Shown here in pieces: positions 61,815-64,000 of a stretch of DNA of 64,000 nt (positions within the stretch are counted from its first letter, which is position 1; the number at the start of each line of letters is the position of its first letter). This DNA comes from Perkinsela sp. CCAP 1560/9 (lineage: Eukaryota; Protista; Euglenozoa: Kinetoplastea). The notes beneath the pieces are model-generated. The model did not search any database and was not told the origin of the DNA. It was given only the letters and a program-made list of their open reading frames with translations. The stretch covers positions 496,001 through 560,000 of the forward strand of contig CBFFSA010000006.1 in the NCBI GenBank assembly GCA_965644495.1. The letters run 5' to 3'. A program made the translations under genes and the position numbers.

Positions 61815-64000
61815 ATGAATGTTTCATCTGTCGATGAATGTAACGAAAAAATATCTTTTGAAGGCATATCGTTACGTGAAGCTATCGCCAGATACTCGTT
61901 GATATTTAGGCAGGCTTTAGAGGCTCAAGACTCTGACTCGCTATACGAATTATTTTATCAACACGACGAAAGTGTGAGAGCAGCTTTAACGCATTTTCCT
62001 CATTCATATCGACTCTGGAAACTATACCTTTCATTACGAGTACAGCTTCAACGATTATCTACAGCAAGGGTCGGCGGATTTATCGAAAGGACCGCAGAAG
62101 ACTTTGAGCAATGCCTTTCGAGCACAAAGTTACGAAGATTTCCGTGGCTCTGGGTTATGTACGTGAAGATGTACATGGATTCTCTTTGTTTCACGAGCGC
62201 TCGCCACGTGTTCGGCAGAGCATTAGAATCACTTCCATGGACTCAGCACGCTTTCCTTTGGCGATGCTACGTTGGCTTTCTTTTAGAGGAGTCATTAGAC
62301 TCGGACTATATGGTTATTTCAACGCTTAAACGAGCAGTCGAATTCGATCACAAATATGTCACTCCTCTGTACGATGACTATATCGCACGCAAGCGATATG
62401 TCGATGCTTTTGTTCTTCTTGTTTCTTACCCGGATTACTTCGAATTTGGTCCTCTTGACTTTCTGTCAAAGTATCGCGCTACTGCTTTTCAGAGTATTGT
62501 GAAAGATTATTTTACCACGGCAGTCGACGTTGTTCCTGGTAAGTGTTCTACTATCCTGGCACTTGGCAATACAATTACCGAGTATTTTTCCTATCACAAA
62601 GAATTTAATGAAGCCCGAAGGCTGTACGAAACGTTGTTCCAGAGGGCTGACTATGTTTTCTTTGCTGCGGTTTATGAAAATTGTACTCTTCTCTTAGTTA
62701 ACGCCGCCCATTGGCATAAATATTCAATTGACAGTGTCCGAAATTTAGAGGCCTTACTGCAGCAGCGAGAAGACTATGATATAGCTGCCGCACTACGTAA
62801 ATATCCCACCCTAACTTTTTTATGGATTCGAAAAGCAGCAAAAATGGGGGAGGATGTGGGGGGGAAGGAATCAGTTTTCTTAGAAGCAGTGAAACAATGT
62901 GCACACAATAGTGATGTTCACAAAATTTGGTACGAGTTTTCTCTTTGGTACGAAGCCACGAAGGACTATTCTTCTGCTGAACATGTTTTGATAACAGCTT
63001 TAAGGCAAAAATTTGTAAATGCGGAAAGCTATGCATACTTAACTTGCGCATACGCTGAACTGCTTATACGTTGTTGCAAGCATGCAAAGGTTATTAAACT
63101 TCTTCGCTTCGCGACGGCGACTAATGATGCATCCATCGCAACATCCTTTAGCAGTGATACTGCGCTCTCCAAAGTAACGTGGAAGTCGAATCGGGTATGG
63201 AATTTGTATCTCGATCTTGTCGAACAATACGGCGACCGTGAAGCTATAAAATCATCCTATGGTCGCATGTTTTCGTTAGGTATCGGCGGATCTAAACATT
63301 TCATCAATTATGCCAATATTCTGAAGGAAAATAAAGAAGACGTGAGTTCCATAGTACGTGTCCTCGAAGACGCTAGACAAAAGTTTTCAAGTGATCCGTC
63401 CATATGGAAAATGTATCTTAGAGCAATTGCGGATACATGCGGTTTTGAAATCGAGTTTTCTAGGCACTATTTCCGTCACTTCGCAGCACGGTTTGTTCGA
63501 GGTCACGATTATTGGCAACTTAGTTCAAATCAGTCGCCAGGGAAATCCATCTTATTTCTGTTTAATCTTTGCGCCTGTTTTTGCGCCATTAAAGAGGATG
63601 AGTACAAGAAAGGCAATCGCTTAATTAGTTTTGAAATGCAACGTAACGAATTGTTTTGTTCAATACGCTTGTACATCGCTACGCGAACTTGTATTACTGG
63701 TATAGCAGAGTCTGGGAAAACTCTATTACCGGGTGAAGACCCAGTCAAACGTGATGCAATCATCTACACAACGCTTTCTAATGTGATGGGACGCGTGGTT
63801 GACTACATTAAAGAAGGGGACAAAATCTTTGGATGCAATTCCGGGCGCACTGCCTTTCACAGCATTATTCAATACGTAGAAGCAGCCGTTGAAAAAGAAC
63901 ACTCCTTTGTCATCATTCCTTTTATTTTGAATATCACCATGTGGTTGATTGATTATGAACTGATAGGTATTCATATCAAAGAAGCACGAAACGCGTTTAA
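61815..64000 (+). CDS. SYF1: Pre-mRNA splicing factor SYF1/XAB2 (HAT repeats), 3'-truncated by the window; absent from the ORF track
   Basis: Manual translation from ATG 61815 is open to the window end: FPHSYRLWKLYL, ARHVFGRALESLPWTQHAFLW, KSNRVWNLYLDLVEQYG, FINYANIL. Confidence 0.85.
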   Translation, partial: MNVSSVDECNEKISFEGISLREAIARYSLIFRQALEAQDSDSLYELFYQHDESVRAALTHFPHSYRLWKLYLSLRVQLQRLSTARVGGFIERTAEDFEQCLSSTKLRRFPWLWVMYVKMYMDSLCFTSARHVFGRALESLPWTQHAFLWRCYVGFLLEESLDSDYMVISTLKRAVEFDHKYVTPLYDDYIARKRYVDAFVLLVSYPDYFEFGPLDFLSKYRATAFQSIVKDYFTTAVDVVPGKCSTILALGNTITEYFSYHKEFNEARRLYETLFQRADYVFFAAVYENCTLLLVNAAHWHKYSIDSVRNLEALLQQREDYDIAAALRKYPTLTFLWIRKAAKMGEDVGGKESVFLEAVKQCAHNSDVHKIWYEFSLWYEATKDYSSAEHVLITALRQKFVNAESYAYLTCAYAELLIRCCKHAKVIKLLRFATATNDASIATSFSSDTALSKVTWKSNRVWNLYLDLVEQYGDREAIKSSYGRMFSLGIGGSKHFINYANILKENKEDVSSIVRVLEDARQKFSSDPSIWKMYLRAIADTCGFEIEFSRHYFRHFAARFVRGHDYWQLSSNQSPGKSILFLFNLCACFCAIKEDEYKKGNRLISFEMQRNELFCSIRLYIATRTCITGIAESGKTLLPGEDPVKRDAIIYTTLSNVMGRVVDYIKEGDKIFGCNSGRTAFHSIIQYVEAAVEKEHSFVIIPFILNITMWLIDYELIGIHIKEARNAF

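Noticed and set aside
1-64000. Stop-codon reassignment (Blastocrithidia-like code) or cis-introns
   Set aside because: Conserved genes are uninterrupted in the standard code and end with TAA, TAG or TGA.

Overview
Intron-free eukaryotic DNA with about 35 protein genes all on the + strand, each typically preceded by a pyrimidine tract and AG. This is the architecture of a kinetoplastid polycistronic, trans-spliced unit. Lineage markers recognised from memory (no database search) are ATOM40, a Tc38/p38-repeat protein, kinetoplastid-type mitoribosomal proteins (mS50-, mL81-, mS52-, bL35m-like), trypanothione-type glyoxalase II and a TPI ending in SKL. The proteins are divergent, so a non-trypanosomatid such as a Perkinsela/Ichthyobodo-like organism is plausible but unproven. 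The most striking content is intergenic: several families of class II DNA transposons. These are a Tc1 deletion derivative with the SPDLNxIENLW motif, two dispersed copies of a ~760-bp TA-flanked MITE, a CTGTCCCC-TIR family, a hAT-like element with an exact 8-bp TSD and a decayed Merlin/IS1595-type transposase, including a three-level nested insertion at 30.8-32.8 kb. Other notable items are sharp C-rich to G-rich strand-skew flips inside genes (strongest in ATOM40), a methyltransferase with an inserted UBR-box, and a SYF1 ORF missed by the ORF track because it runs off the window. No tRNA, rRNA or CRISPR array was recognised.
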